The notes under the pieces: model-generated
Seen by the model: the letters and a program-made list of their open reading frames with translations, nothing else
Told to the model about the DNA's origin: nothing
Database searches by the model: none
Translations under genes and position numbers: made by a program
Shown here: positions 39,490 to 52,569 of the stretch, one piece after another
Numbering within the stretch: the stretch's first letter is position 1
Layout: every line of letters starts with the position of its first letter
NCBI GenBank assembly: GCA_040285825.1
Contig: JAUPSS010000002.1
Span: 620,001 to 684,000, forward strand
Direction: 5' to 3'
Origin: Eukaryota sp. TZLM1-RC
Taxonomy: Eukaryota; Protista; Metamonada: BaSk clade
Length of the DNA: 64,000 bases

Positions 39490-39963
39490 GTAACTGGTAA
39501 CCTCAACGAAGTTGTTATTGGGGATGGAGACTGGAAACGACGAAAACACTTGAAATCAAAAGAACTTTCCCAAAGGTAAAGGTTTGAGAATTTTATTCCA
39601 TAAGGCTGGTTATAACTTTCCAAGTCTTTTTAATTGATGAGTATCGAAACAGTTGGTGTTGTTTCAATTGTAAGAAATAGACAATCAGTTGAAACATTTA
39701 GATGGTGCAAAAATCCAAGTATAAGGCGAGAGGTGTCTGTTAATCACTTTCTTCACATGTGTAAATCATGCGAAAGTTTGTGTATAATGATCGAAGTACT
39801 TGGTTTCAAATGATACCAGAGATAAAAGCACATGCAAATGGCAGAGACAGATTGATTAGAATGCTGTGATGGAACTTTCAAAAAAGGTTTCTTCCAAAGA
39901 ACTCATTCTATCTACATAAGCGTAAAGAGTACTTATTCCATTGTTATTACAACTTTTGTAAGA
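39490..39963 (+). pseudogene. Fanzor1 C-terminal relic plus right end, abutting the MVK ATG
   Basis: Homologous to 19061-19550: GDW..RKHLK.KE..KGKGLRILF.KAGY, IDEYRNS..C..C, HMCKSCESL; ends TGTAAGA|ATG. Confidence 0.82.
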
Positions 39964-41076
39964 ATGGCTCATCATCACAAAATACAGGCCTCTGCACCTG
40001 CAAAAGTGATAATATCAGGTGAACATGCCGCTGTTTATGGACTGTCAGCACTGGCTGCTACACTGTCTTTTCGAACCTCAGTTTTACTCTCCTCAAACCG
40101 TGATTTGTCGTCTGAGCCCCAGGTTACAATAATTCTCGATGGAGATCGATATAGTTTCAACACACAAGAACTATCTCAATACATTCCAAACAAGGTTAAA
40201 CTATCCGATTCATCTCTGCAACAATGCATACTTTCTCTGGAACCAATTATTCCCAAAGATCGAGAAGATGTTAGACCATTAGTGGTGATTTTACTTTTAT
40301 TGACTCATATTATTAGCTCTATAATTGAACAGTTTGACCCATTAAACCTTGAAATGACCATTGAAATTGAATCAAATGTACCACAAACTATCGGACTGGG
40401 ATCATCAGCAGCCCTTTGTACAGCATTATCCACTGCTTTTCTTGCTTGGTTTGGGTTCATTTCACTCGATCCTACCGCTGAAGACTTGCAATTGATAACC
40501 AAGTGGTCTAGAATTGGAGAAATTGTTTTTCACGGAACACCGTCTGGAATTGACACGGCAACTTCAACGTATGGTAAGTTTGTTGCGATTGAAAAACATC
40601 AGCCTAGATCAATAGTTTATCCTCCTTTTAAAGTTATGGTGATTGACTCTCGCAAGCGCAAACCGCCAGGGGGAACTGCAGCAGCAGTGGCAATGGTTGA
40701 GAGAAGAGTGAAGAGTGACAGGACGGTTATAAACAAACTAGATCAAATACATGGTATAGTAAAGTCAATTCTTGCATCGTCCCCTGCTGGTCTCTCTCTA
40801 CCTGATCTTGCTGAGCTACTTGACCAGAATCATTTGCTTCTCAACGACATTGGAGTTGGTTTTGAAGAAGCAGAACAGATACGAGAGGTCTGTAGCATGC
40901 ATGGGTTCGTTGCAAAGATCACAGGATCTGGGCTGGGAGGTTGCTTACTGGCAGTTCAAAAGGGGATTAAAAGTGATGTAAATGCATTGAAAAGGGACTT
41001 AGAATTAGCAGGATTTATTGCTTATGAAGCTACTTTAGGAGGCCCTGGAGCCGAAGTATCTGTCATTTTTGATTAG
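39964..41076 (+). CDS. MVK: Mevalonate kinase (GHMP family)
   Basis: APAKVIISGEHAAVYG, GLGSSAA, HGTPSGID, KITGSGLGG. Confidence 0.9.
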   Translation: MAHHHKIQASAPAKVIISGEHAAVYGLSALAATLSFRTSVLLSSNRDLSSEPQVTIILDGDRYSFNTQELSQYIPNKVKLSDSSLQQCILSLEPIIPKDREDVRPLVVILLLLTHIISSIIEQFDPLNLEMTIEIESNVPQTIGLGSSAALCTALSTAFLAWFGFISLDPTAEDLQLITKWSRIGEIVFHGTPSGIDTATSTYGKFVAIEKHQPRSIVYPPFKVMVIDSRKRKPPGGTAAAVAMVERRVKSDRTVINKLDQIHGIVKSILASSPAGLSLPDLAELLDQNHLLLNDIGVGFEEAEQIREVCSMHGFVAKITGSGLGGCLLAVQKGIKSDVNALKRDLELAGFIAYEATLGGPGAEVSVIFD

Positions 41077-41106
41077 ACTAAATGTATAGTTGAGTGTCAA
41101 AATTGC

Positions 41107-42180
41107 TCAAGAATTTGCTACCCATTTAGGAATTTCAACGAATCTATTAGAGAGTAATTTTTTTAAATCAGACACGCTTGTTTCAGGAGATGTACATTTT
41201 AATAAACATATCAGAATTTTTAAACTAATATTATCTGATAAAACGCAAGCTGGCAAACTATTGTACAAATCAATCAAAAATGATGGAGAAATTGCTTGAC
41301 CACACTCAATATGAATCTTTAACTCTTCAATGACATTGATTAATTGGAAGTGTAGTTCATGACAGAAGTGTTCTCTAGCCCTACACCAAGCACTGCTATT
41401 ATTCAAATTATTCTCAAAATATTGTCGGGATAGTTGATCAGCTTCCATTTGAAGAACTTTAAACCCTCCTGCAGAATGAGATTTTAGTTGACATTTATCA
41501 ATCAAAAACGATAAATATTGTGACTTGACTTCTCGATGTATTTGACGCTGTTTGAGTTTCAGAACCAATTTGTCAGTAGATTTCCTCCTCATTGTGTTGA
41601 CCACACTATTGAGTTTAGCTTTACGACAGAATAAATCATCAGGAACATGATAGGTGTGCTCAATCTGAGGAAGTGATGGCAACTTGACAGTCATTTGTGA
41701 CTGATCAACTTTACACTTAGACTTTAATTCCTTGACCGCTTGTACAAGTTCTGGAAACTGTTCGAGGGTATCAAACTCAGTCCATTCAAGGGATTTGAGA
41801 GAGTTTTTCTGTTTGGATGGTAGGGTAAGTGAGTCACGAAGGGATTTTCTAGCACTTCCAAGTACTTCTTCTGATGTTAAAAGTAAAGATTCTGGTATAT
41901 GGGCATTTTGACTGATTTTTCGAGGACTAACTAGGTGGCGGAGACTGGAAGCTGTATTGGATGTTGTTGGTGACAGTGATGTAATAAAAAAGTTGGAGTC
42001 TTCGGAAATTGAGTCGTTAGCATTGGCCGGACGGGGTTTGTTACACTTAGATTTGTTTGACCGGCGTGCTGAATTGATGATAGAACTTTGTAGTAGATTA
42101 AGTGTCTGATCTGTGTTTGAGACTGAGTGCAGGATTTGAGAAGTAGATGGACGAATAAGGCTGATGTTGCTAAAAGGCAT
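41107..42180 (-). CDS. Hypothetical protein (likely start MPFSNIS at 42180; upstream ORF extension partly retrotransposon-derived)
   Basis: Long intact ORF convergent with MVK; sequence beyond 42266 belongs to the inserted element. Confidence 0.6.
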   Translation of the reverse strand: MPFSNISLIRPSTSQILHSVSNTDQTLNLLQSSIINSARRSNKSKCNKPRPANANDSISEDSNFFITSLSPTTSNTASSLRHLVSPRKISQNAHIPESLLLTSEEVLGSARKSLRDSLTLPSKQKNSLKSLEWTEFDTLEQFPELVQAVKELKSKCKVDQSQMTVKLPSLPQIEHTYHVPDDLFCRKAKLNSVVNTMRRKSTDKLVLKLKQRQIHREVKSQYLSFLIDKCQLKSHSAGGFKVLQMEADQLSRQYFENNLNNSSAWCRAREHFCHELHFQLINVIEELKIHIECGQAISPSFLIDLYNSLPACVLSDNISLKILICLLKCTSPETSVSDLKKLLSNRFVEIPKWVANS

Positions 42181-42266
42181 GTGACGCTTGTTGACTAAAA
42201 TGCGGCATACAACTTGGTGTTGTTCTGATTTTTTCCAAAAGTTGGAAATGGTTTCTGTATTTTCGA

Positions 42267-44614
42267 AAAGAGACCACGCGGTAAGTCTGCCGGACTTTCT
42301 CGTATTACTATTGATCATGTAAAAGCCGCAATTATTTCTTCAGAGGATTGTCTTGGTTTATTAACCAAATTTTTCAACAAAATATTGACTGGTCAACTCA
42401 GATATCCAGATGAATTAAGAAGTTCTCGTTTGACTGCACTTGTCAAAAATTCAAAAATGGATGTTCGTCCTATTGCAGTCTCTAAGAGCTTACAAAATAT
42501 TTTTTCTGCGTGTTGCTTAAGCAGGTTCAATGAAAAAGCAAAAAAGATTTTATTACCCTTTCAATATGGAATTAATACCACTGATGGAGTCTCTTCAGCG
42601 ATATTTGCTACTGATGTATTATTTCGTCAAAATGAATCCAATGTTTGTATGTCATTGGATTTTAGTAATGCATTCAATTCACTCAGTCGTCACAGTATCC
42701 ATGGTGCTTTATTGCAATATATGCCGGAATTAATGCCGTACTTTCAATCAACATATAGCACATGTTCTAATTTACATTTTGGTGATAGCATTTTGAGTTC
42801 ATCAAGTGGTGTAAAGCAAGGAGATCCGTTAGGACCTGTTTGTTTTGTTTGGTCATTCATCCTATTTTATTGCAAATTCAAGAGATGTTTCCTTCGCTAA
42901 AAATGATTGCATATATGGATGATGTTGTGCTTATTGGTGATTTAAATATTGTGAAACAAGCAACTGTATGTTTTAAAGAATTATTTACCAAAATTGGTCT
43001 CCGACTTAATTTACTTGAATGTGTTTTGTTATCGAATTCTCCAGTTTCCACAATAGCTGATGGTATTGAAATTCAAGCCAAATTATATTCAATTGATGCT
43101 ATTCGTCATTTGGGTTCGTTTTTGGGAAATAATGATGAAATTACCAAAAAATTGTTTGAAAAGTTGAACTCAATTTCTGAAAAAATTGACCGAATGATGA
43201 ATTTAGATATACAAAAACACATCAAATTTACCATTATCAGACTGTGTTTTAGTTCCAATTTTAATCATATATTTCGATCTACAAATCCTCTTGTCACTAG
43301 ACCTTTGGCTCAGAAGTTTAATGAATTACGTGCAAAAGTTCTATCTCAATTACTGGGATGTAAAATGTTTCAACTTCCAGATCATGCTTACCTAAGTCCA
43401 CATTAAGGCGGTTTAGGGTGGACGAAGGTTTCTATTCTTCCCTCGTGTGCCTTTTGTTGGTGGATGCAGAAATGCAATCTTTGAGTTTTCCGAAAGTTTT
43501 GCAGATTGGGAAAATTTATTGATGACAACGCAAAGTTCCACTGTTTTTGCATTAAATGAAGAAATTTCAAAAATTGATGTAGAAAAATGGGGGCGATGTT
43601 TTCCCAAATCATTCAATGGCAATATTCCAGAAAAAATGTTTTAAATTTGAAGTACACTCTTCGAACATTACAGAAACGATTGACTGGATTGTATGAAAAA
43701 GATCTTTATAATAATATATGCAGCTCGGCTGTTTTAAATCAAGATCTTCACTCATTGTTATTGGAAAAGGGTGTTTGTGAGAACAAGTCGTCAGATTCTT
43801 CACTGTTTGTAACCATTGCACCACGAAGATTTGAATTGTGTGCCACTAATGAAGCATTTGTAACAAAAATGAGATTATATTTGAATATCCCCGTTAATCA
43901 ATTATTATCAAAAGAAAAATGTATTTGTTCGAATTCACCTCAACTCACTTTGCGCCATGCTCTAAATTGCTTCAAATTGATAACTTATCGTTCTTCAGTA
44001 CATGATGCTGTCAGAGACACTGTTTTCAATATGGCACAAACTGCAAGAATTTCGTGTATCAAAGAGCCCCTGCTGAAGGAAACACTTTCTCTGAATAATT
44101 TTGGTTCTGATGATAGAGGTGATGTATACTGTGATTGGATTGATAATTCTGAAGCTATTGTTGACTTTGTCTCATATAATGTTGCAAATGATACTTTGGT
44201 TCACAGAAGAAAACTTAATCCTGTGACTGCTCTTGATTTTAAAGCAAAAGAGAAACATAGAAAATATGATAAAGATGTTGAAGAGGCTAATGCCGATAGA
44301 AATACACAGCTGGTTTTTATTGCTTTCCCATTTTCGATAAATGGAGGATTATCAGATGAAGCAGAAACTTTTTTGAATGACTTCCAAAAAATGGTACAAG
44401 AAAAGACAATGAAAAGATTTGATATTTTTTATGGCGTTCACGGATTCAATTTGCCATCATTAATAGATTACCTCGGTTTTTCAATCGAATAAGGGAAGCT
44501 TTAGCTAGACAGCAAGCAGATCAAGATTTTGTAGAGGAAATCTTGGTTCAATGTTAGTCGTCCCATTAGTTATGAGTTAATTTAATTAAGTGTGCAAATT
44601 CAATAAATAAAATA
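42267..44614 (+). mobile_element. CRE-like family A copy 5 (longest, frameshifted), 10-bp TSD
   Basis: TSD GTATTTTCGA at 42257-42266 and 44615-44624; KSAGLS, VRPIAV, QYG, LDFSNAFNS, GVKQGDPLGP, YMDD and RLE motifs. Confidence 0.92.
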
Positions 44615-44759
44615 GTATTTTCGAGGTTTAAACTAGATGTTTATCCCATATTAATTTGTTAATGGGAAAATTAATTTACATCCCAAAGATTCACAAGATA
44701 AGCATCCTGTTAAATGTCAAGAGTTAGGGGCACTTCTCACAACACTGGCTGAGGAGGAC

Positions 44760-45760
44760 AGCGAAAAAATGAAGTCTGCGAACTTCGTAGAGTTCCTACC
44801 ATCACGTCCTACCCTGACGTCGAAAATTGCGTGTCAGTACAAACCCTAAACGAGACCATAGTCGGGTTAATGGAAGTTCTTTTAACCCCCCCCCCAATTC
44901 TAAGAGAAGCTATAGAGCCCCTAGACCTCGAAAGTAAGGAATTGTCGGATAGACCGTCAGAACGTAGATTAAGACTATCCCCATTAGATTCCTCTTATAG
45001 AACCTTTATGTCCAAGTTTCGCGAGGACAGGTTCGACTTTATAGGCCAGAGAGCCACCCTCGACAAATACAACTATAGAATCCTGATGTAAGAGGTTTTC
45101 GAATACAAGCAACACTTTTCCAGCCAATTTGACGTATACGAAAATGTCCGTCTCTCAGACTAATAGACCAAATTTAGACAAATTAAACGATGACACGTGT
45201 GCTCCTGGAGAGTATTATGTGGTCTTTAGAGAGGCTCACGAATACTACTCATCCTCGACAAATTCAGAACTCGTTCAGATGATCCCCATTTCTCAACTTG
45301 TCAGAGAAATTTATATAGAACAAGCGTTAACTTATAAGCGAGATCATGTCCATATGAAAACGGTAGTCATCTCCACCTATAGATCCCTTCCTGATCACCA
45401 TAATGCTCAAACAGGAAAGACATGGTTTAATAGAAAGGCTTACATCTTTACTTTCATCACTGGCATTGAAGATACACCCTTCAGGGTATAAGACCTTTCA
45501 TGCCTTCAATCTAACTCAGTATTGAAGAGGAGGTGGAACTTCTTCAAAGTCTTCTTATAGATTAACTGCCAGAACCAGGTCAAGGCAAACAGGACATCCC
45601 TATGGTTGTTTTCACTATCCAACCATCATATACTACTGAACCTACGGTAGAGTCGACTTCACATCAACCAGGTGCCGGGTTAAGTAGACAAGACATCTCA
45701 GCGTCACGGTCACAAACATATGCAAATGAACACGACTCACGTCAGGTACTTGATTTGAAT
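44760..45760 (+). pseudogene. Possible gag-like LTR retrotransposon relic
   Basis: Broken ORFs with composition like the 5' part of the 10492 element; no diagnostic motif. Confidence 0.25.
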
Positions 45761-45949
45761 GTGCAATCTCACGTTAGATACCATTATAGATCAAAAAAAA
45801 TTGAACATGGCACCCTCCATGAGCCATTCGAACTCAAATTCTCCGAAATTCAAATGAAGATAATTCATTTCTTGTTAAAATTCGCTTTTTGGAAAGGTCC
45901 AAAATGTTGGGCGACTATCTATCGGGCGATTGATTTCTGTCATATTTTT

Positions 45950-46733
45950 TGAAGCACAAAATCAGGTGGTCTAAATTTTTTCAGCTCCAAAAATCTGTGT
46001 AAAATTACATTCATTGGTGGAGGCAAAAATTTCATCTTTTGAATTTTTGAAACGTTATCTTGAAAACCAACATTTAATAGAACATTGTGTTAGTGATTAT
46101 GGAGTGTCTTTGCAGTATGAAATTGAATACCTCTCTCCTCTCATCTGATGCAAATGCTTTCCTGCCGATACTTAAGAAATTCCACCCAGAAGTTTGGCTT
46201 GCTTACGAATTGCATAGGCCAAAATCCAGAAAAGAATATTGAAAGTTTTTGAAAACTTGGATTTTGCTGTTTGTCTTAGTTTGGCTAAGGAAAAGAATCA
46301 AGTTTTTGCCAACTTTTTAATTGATTTGAAGGAAAGCAAATTGATCAAAGAATCAACAATTGATTTTGCAATAGAGATGAAACTCCACTTTGCTTTGCTG
46401 AAAAGAACAAAATCAAAAAGTACAAAGAGCTTTTATCTCAGCTTGGGCGTGTTGAGCGTGTAAAATATCAGCTGGTTCCATTTGATGTATTTTTTTGGTA
46501 ACATTGGAATAACTGGTTTAATATTTGTCGAAGGTTTCAGAAGTTCAATAAACGAAAGAGCAGGAACAGAGCTGAACTTTAGTTTCTGGCACAATAGAAT
46601 TGTTTTTAGTATACTTAGAGCAATTCCAAAAATGATAACCAAGGCACTGTTACAATTAGGAATAGAGTATGAAAATCGGGCACTAAAGAGATTTGATGAT
46701 GTTGATGTGTGTATTGAGGATATTGAGTTCTAG
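45950..46733 (+). mobile_element. Degenerate CRE-like relic
   Basis: LAKEKN.VFANFLIDL (shared with 38880) and FWHNRIVFS..DIEF* terminus. Confidence 0.7.
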
Positions 46734-46883
46734 TTTTTGCGTGAGTATTTATTTATCAACTAACGATCAAAAAACATATAACCAAAAAAATTTGTAACTG
46801 TTCACACAAATCGCCCAACATTTTCGGTAGATTACACATTTAGTAGATTTTGGTAGTTGATCCTTGAAAAGGCAAAATTTCAA

Positions 46884-46957
46884 CTCCCGCGGTGGGACTT
46901 GAACCCACAATCCTTCGATTAAGAGTCGAATGCGTTAACCGATTGCGCCACGCGGGA
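46884..46957 (-). tRNA. tRNA-Lys (CTT)
   Basis: Acceptor TCCCGCG/CGCGGGA, anticodon arm TTCGA-CTCTTAA-TCGAA, T-arm GTGGG-TTCAAGT-CCCAC. Confidence 0.93.
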
Positions 46958-48171
46958 CAACAACAAATTTGTTTCAGGAGTGGTTCACTTGCTGAATCAC
47001 ATTACTATTCTGTAGTAATCTGTAGTAATCGAAAAAGTCATTAAGAAATGCATTCAATTGCATTTGAATAATTGTTCCTAATTGGTTTTGATGTCGTAAC
47101 TTTAAGTAAACTTTGATAAAACATAACAGGTTTTTTCAATAAGCACTCCCTGAATGAAAGCAATATTTGAAGGGAGAGCGGAAATATAATACCTTTTCAA
47201 ACTTTTATAAACACAGTCAATAGTTTCCTAATTTGTAGATGTGTCTTTGAGTCTAAACGTAGAAATTTACGTTGAAAGTCTGGAATTTTGATAATGATTT
47301 GATCATTGTATTTGTTAATCATGTTGAATTAATTCCATTGTTGAGTTCAGAGTGTGATTCAATTGTTCCCATTTCATATCAATGAAAATACCATTAATGC
47401 TTTCAAAAAGCATCAAAAAGCTCAAAAAAGCTCAATGTTGAAAGGAAGACAATTTGTGCCATTGTTGATTCAAAAAAAATTATAATGCAATTGAAAACGA
47501 TTCCCGTGATAAACACTGACTATGGAAATTCCATATGATTCCAAATATTTTTTGAGAATCAGTTTATTCATTGGAAGAAGGATGTATTCAATGTCTTGAG
47601 GTGCTATTAATTAAAGAATTAGTGCGTGTTTAAAATGAAATAAAAAAAACTTCTAATTGAAGGACATGCTAAAACTCGTTCCTAAATGCTGAAAACCAAC
47701 TATTAATCAAACACACAGACCTAGAAAACCAATGGATTTGTGTGAACTTCAGCATTTCAGAAATAAACACCAAAGAATGTTCTTTCAAGGAATTTACAAA
47801 TATTCCAAAATAAAACCCGCATAAAACACAAATCATTCTAGTTAAAAATGAGACGGTTGAACCCAAAACCTTTGACCATTTAGTCACAATGTTTCCTCCT
47901 GAAGAGGCCTTAGTTTACTTTGTTAATAGTAAAAGTACACACACACTGTTGGTCTGCAAGCCGTAGAGAAAAACAATAAACAAAAGTTAGTTCATTGAGT
48001 TTAATATTGCATAATAAGATGGGAAAATGTTTACAGCACAAAAAAAGCTTGTAAAAATAAAGAATGATAATAAAAAATAGTAGATCCGAGAAAGAGAGAT
48101 GACATGGTTGAATTTGCTTTCCTTCAAAAAGAGAGTAAACAAAAGTTAAAGTTCAAAAAAAACCTTGAATA

Positions 48172-49398
48172 TCAATCAATTTCAATCACATCTTCTATAG
48201 TTGACCGTAACCCACATCCTTCTATTAATTTACTTGTAACAAATGCCTGTAATGTGCAAGTGTAAAACGTATCAGCTGAAGTATGTTGAAGCCAGGATAA
48301 GACAAGCTCAGTTTGACTCGTTAATGAACCATGGTTTTCAAATAATTTAACCTTATTTGGGAAAACCTTCCGAGAAATAGACAAAAACATGTACATTGAA
48401 GCATGGTGAATACCACAGAACTGAGTAAACTTGGAAACCACAATCATAAGAGGATCAACATCGGAAAAGGAACTCAATAAATAATCACAAAAATCTCTAC
48501 ACATCTCCACGTCTTTGTTAATTAAAGATTCCTTCTTTATTGACATGTAAATATTAAGTATCTTTTGAATAATAATAAACGGGTAATTGAAATTGGCTAA
48601 ATGAGAGCTTAAAACACCAAAAAAAATGTTTATATTTGGAAAATCTCTCTTTAAAGGCCAAGATTTGGTTTCAAATGTACTTCTCAAGAATTCAAGACAA
48701 TTTAGATCTTTAGGGTGAAGCGTCAAGTGATGGAAAACTCTTTGCATGTCAATAGATGATTCCGTATTGAATTTACAAGATAAAAAAGGCAACTTAAAGC
48801 TAAAATCTTTTAAATTTAGGGCAAAATCGGTCAAATGATTGGTTTGTTTAGCACTCAACCTGTATCTTGGACTAATTCTCACCATGGAATTACACATACA
48901 AGCATTAAGCAGTCCATTACTGTGGTTATGGAAAGAAATTGTTGGTGTGGGTTTGTGGTGAAGACAGGGACTGACACTGGGCTTTCGCTTTCTTTTTAGT
49001 TTCATATTGGTCAGTTTGGTGTTAAAGCATTTGAAAGTAATTGGTTGTAGCTTTGGATAGATGTATGGGATATTGACAACAACTGGTGTGTTGAAACCTC
49101 GGGATGAAGAAGAAATGTTGAGGAGAACATCGATATGTGACAATGAGGGAGCTTGTAGCAAGACAACAGAGCGAGGAGGAGAAAAGAAATGGATTGGACC
49201 AGCTGGAGAGAGATAATGCTTGGATGTGTAAGTTTTTTGAGTTACCAGTTGTTCCAGAGCACGACATGAGATTGATGAATTGAGGAACAATGGTACCAAA
49301 TTGTGTCGAAACAACAAGGGTACTATACGTTGGTCACAACAGCAGGTAATTTTGTGACGGTAGTGCTTGAAGATGAACTTCAAGAACTGAGGTGACAT
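48172..49398 (-). CDS. Hypothetical protein (start MSPQFLK)
   Basis: Uninterrupted ~408-codon ORF; first ATG lies 7 nt after the conserved Fanzor end. Confidence 0.6.
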   Translation of the reverse strand: MSPQFLKFIFKHYRHKITCCCDQRIVPLLFRHNLVPLFLNSSISCRALEQLVTQKTYTSKHYLSPAGPIHFFSPPRSVVLLQAPSLSHIDVLLNISSSSRGFNTPVVVNIPYIYPKLQPITFKCFNTKLTNMKLKRKRKPSVSPCLHHKPTPTISFHNHSNGLLNACMCNSMVRISPRYRLSAKQTNHLTDFALNLKDFSFKLPFLSCKFNTESSIDMQRVFHHLTLHPKDLNCLEFLRSTFETKSWPLKRDFPNINIFFGVLSSHLANFNYPFIIIQKILNIYMSIKKESLINKDVEMCRDFCDYLLSSFSDVDPLMIVVSKFTQFCGIHHASMYMFLSISRKVFPNKVKLFENHGSLTSQTELVLSWLQHTSADTFYTCTLQAFVTSKLIEGCGLRSTIEDVIEID

Positions 49399-49405
49399 GT
49401 ACTCA

Positions 49406-49521
49406 CCTGAGAATTTCACATCAAGTGGATATTGAATAAATATCGCCAACACTGATGTAAACTTCTCAGCACGAAGAGTTAGTATACACTGAACACCTTG
49501 GAAATACGTTGATGAAAACAG
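49406..49521 (-). ncRNA. Putative Fanzor omegaRNA scaffold / right end (copy B)
   Basis: Homolog of 31165-31280 with the same stems and a different inner-stem sequence. Confidence 0.7.
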
Positions 49522-51552
49522 TCACTGCTGTCTCCTTAGCGCCTTACACGCCTTGGCCTTCGGAATGGTTCTGGCCTAGTACCAGTGAAATACTCACTGA
49601 TTGCAATCTCCAGCTGATTTCTGGAGGCTGAGATGTCCCTTGACCAGTTGGTCTGACACCGAGGGCAAATGAACTTAGCGTTATTTACCCTTCCCTCATC
49701 ATGATATATCTTTCTATGAAAGACCTTACAGCAATTCACTTTTGCTGAGGTCGTAAACTCGTCCCCTACTTTGACGTTTTCAAAGTGTTTTTGGATTTGA
49801 TTGAGAAATCTTTTTTGGGGGATTTCACAGCTTGACGAGATGGACCATTACCACCATTGCCGAACCAAACTATAGTGTTTCTTCCTTCAGACAAGCGTTT
49901 TATTTTGTTAATAGAACTAGTTAGTCTCTTTTGTCTTCGTATGAAATCATCATACTTATTTCTTCTAAGTTTTTTTTCTTGCACCACGCTGCAGGTTTCT
50001 ACACATAATTTAAGTATATTCAGGCCCTTTCCCAGATTCAGAAACATAAGGTAAACTTGTTTCAATCAGATACTCTTGGAAGTTCTGAGCGGAATAAGTA
50101 TTAGGAGTTGCTTGAGTGAGAGAAGGAGGGTGATTTAATTTTCGTTCTTTTGGATTTAGCAGTAAGCCAGAACCCTCAAATACAAGTGCATAATTTCGGA
50201 AAGAACCAGCAGTCCAACCACAAAGATTGGTGTGGTTGGGATCAATGGATACAAAAATTTTCATCAGGATCTCGATAATAGGGCTGTTCATCCACTGGTA
50301 ACCGTTGTTTGCTCTGTGGATTTGCTTTTATATGGACTTTACATTTTCTTTTGTTTTCAGAGTTATGAAAATCATAAATTCCAGAGACCTCTCGACTCAA
50401 ATTCCGCTTTAGTGGTTTGACTATATGTTTTCCCTGCCTTCTGGGTGAACATGAACCGCAAAGAATTTCCATTTGAAAAAAATTTTATATTTAATAAATT
50501 TAAATTTATCAAAAAATCGATCAGGGTTGTTCAGAAGCTTTTTGATTTCATTTAGCTTTGTGAAATAAGATTCGGCTTTTTTATCCCAACTGCAAAAGCA
50601 TGAAGACCAACTGGATAAAGGCGACAGAGTGTGTCTTTTCATAACCTCAGGCAGTTATCCTTTAGTGATGCCGTTAGGCAGAAATACCAAAGATGAAAAG
50701 AAGAAAAAAGAAAAGAGCTTTATTATTAGAAATACTTGTTCTTGAACAAGTGCCACGTCAGCATGTAAATTCCTCATCTGTCTACCAAGTTAGTTTATCA
50801 GTAACAACAACATTAGAAAAATACAATATCCAGTCCTGAAAAAAGATTGTGGCCGCAGTTTCCATTTTAATTTAAATCGTTGATTTTTGATTGAGCTTTC
50901 CAATAGATTTTGACCGTCAACAATATAGACATTTGCTGTCATATTCAGCCAGTGGGTCAGGATATGCTGGAGCATTTCTTGCTACTCCTGTGAAATTGAC
51001 TCATCCGACTGAACATTTTGAAATACACACTCGGCGTATTTTTTGGTCTTGGGCAATTAAAACACTGGGCACAGTTCTTTCAACAACTGTTTTTTCAAAC
51101 CACAAAGCCGTCAGCCAACAACTGGCAAAAAGCTTCCCTCAGTTGAATGGATCGACTTTCAATTAAATTGGAATAGCACCAGAATCTGCCACCGTCGGCT
51201 GACGTGGTTTCATTCAGTGAGTGCCAAGGCGAATAGTGCTGAACGAGATTTAGCAGCGCTTGAAAAACGAAAGGATGGTTTTCGAATGGCCTTTGTTTGG
51301 GTTCTGATCACAAACAAAGTTCGAAACAGAGGCTCCAGAACTGGCTTTGAGTAAGCCACATAAAGTGTTCTGGGCATTGGAGTACAAAGAGTTGTGCTAG
51401 ATGAGTAGCATGAGATTCAATACTAGCGAAAACCTATGGAACACCAGTTCCTCGTGTTTTTGAGCCAAAGCACTGGTTGACCGACGGTCCCACAGTTGTA
51501 GTTTGGAAAGCGTTATTATTATCAAAGCGTCATACATCAAATGGACAGCCAT
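49522..51552 (-). pseudogene. Fanzor/TnpB-like nuclease, family B copy B (frameshifted, contains a solo LTR)
   Basis: SIDPNHTNL, IVWFGNG, DEFTTS, CPRC..RDISASRN, GTRPEPFRR; collinear with 31281-33100. Confidence 0.85.
50666..50812 (-). mobile_element. Solo LTR with 4-bp TSD TTAG
   Basis: Absent from Fanzor copy A; termini TGTTG...GCATCA like the LTRs at 10492/13122; TTAG at 50662-50665 and 50813-50816. Confidence 0.75.
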
Positions 51553-52569
51553 AGCTGACAATGAACTACTTGTTCCAATCAACGTTAAACGAGGATTCAA
51601 ATACAAGAACACTAATTACCGTTGTCACTCATAACATTAATGGAATAGAAAAATATTTTCAATTCTTGTTTGAAGTAGAAGTTTTTATCGGATTAGTCAT
51701 TTCTTTTCTAAAGGTATTACGACTAGTTCACAGCAATTTTGCTGGTTGTGCAGCATCTGCTCATTATTTAATATGCTGGGTGGTACAAAAGTATAAGCAC
51801 AAATTCAAAAGGATCATGAAAGCGTTCAACAATTCACACAAAATGTTTTGTGGCATTGAAATTACTACCTGTAAGAGTTAGACAAGAGTACAAGAGTACA
51901 ACGAGTTAGACCAAATTTTGAAACCCAATCTTGATCGGTTTTATGAAAAAAAGTCTTTGAACCAAATCTTGTTGGCTAATTTGAAGTATGAAGATATAGG
52001 ATTTTAAGTTTCTTGTTTAGTTTTTCATTGAAATAAATAAATTTGTTTAAAAATAATAATCACAACAAATATTAATTGTGATGCAAATTTACCACCTCAA
52101 GAGGCCTTTACAGAATTCTTGATTTGAATAAGCTTGCATCACGAATCAATCAAGGAACTGCAACATCGTCCTTCATTGAAAGAGTCTGGAATGCTTTAGA
52201 TCTTCAGCTCGATAACAGAAGAATCGATAACCATGTCACACTCGAAAATTCTATTAATTTGTCTTTTAACCTGCCAAACATCAATCAAAAACAAACAGCA
52301 ATTCTTGAAATTCTCGGTGATGACAGCAAGGAACAGCAATGTGGTATGAAACTGCATGGGTGCTTGGATTAAACAATATTCCAAGAATCCAGAAACATAG
52401 ATCCCGTGAGAACACGAGAGGATGAGTTTGACTATTCAAAGAGTTCCTGATGAGGGCGCTACATTGTACCAAACCATCGGTCTTGAATACAATGTTCCAA
52501 AATGTTTTTGTATTTCTACAACTATTACAATTAATTATTAATTTTGTATTCCTTGGAAATGCCACGAAA

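Noticed and set aside
49399-49408. CAG|GTGAGT splice-donor-like sequence at the Fanzor end (intron-like element idea)
   Set aside because: Not conserved in copy A, and it does not match the GT(A/T)(T/G)G donors seen in this window.
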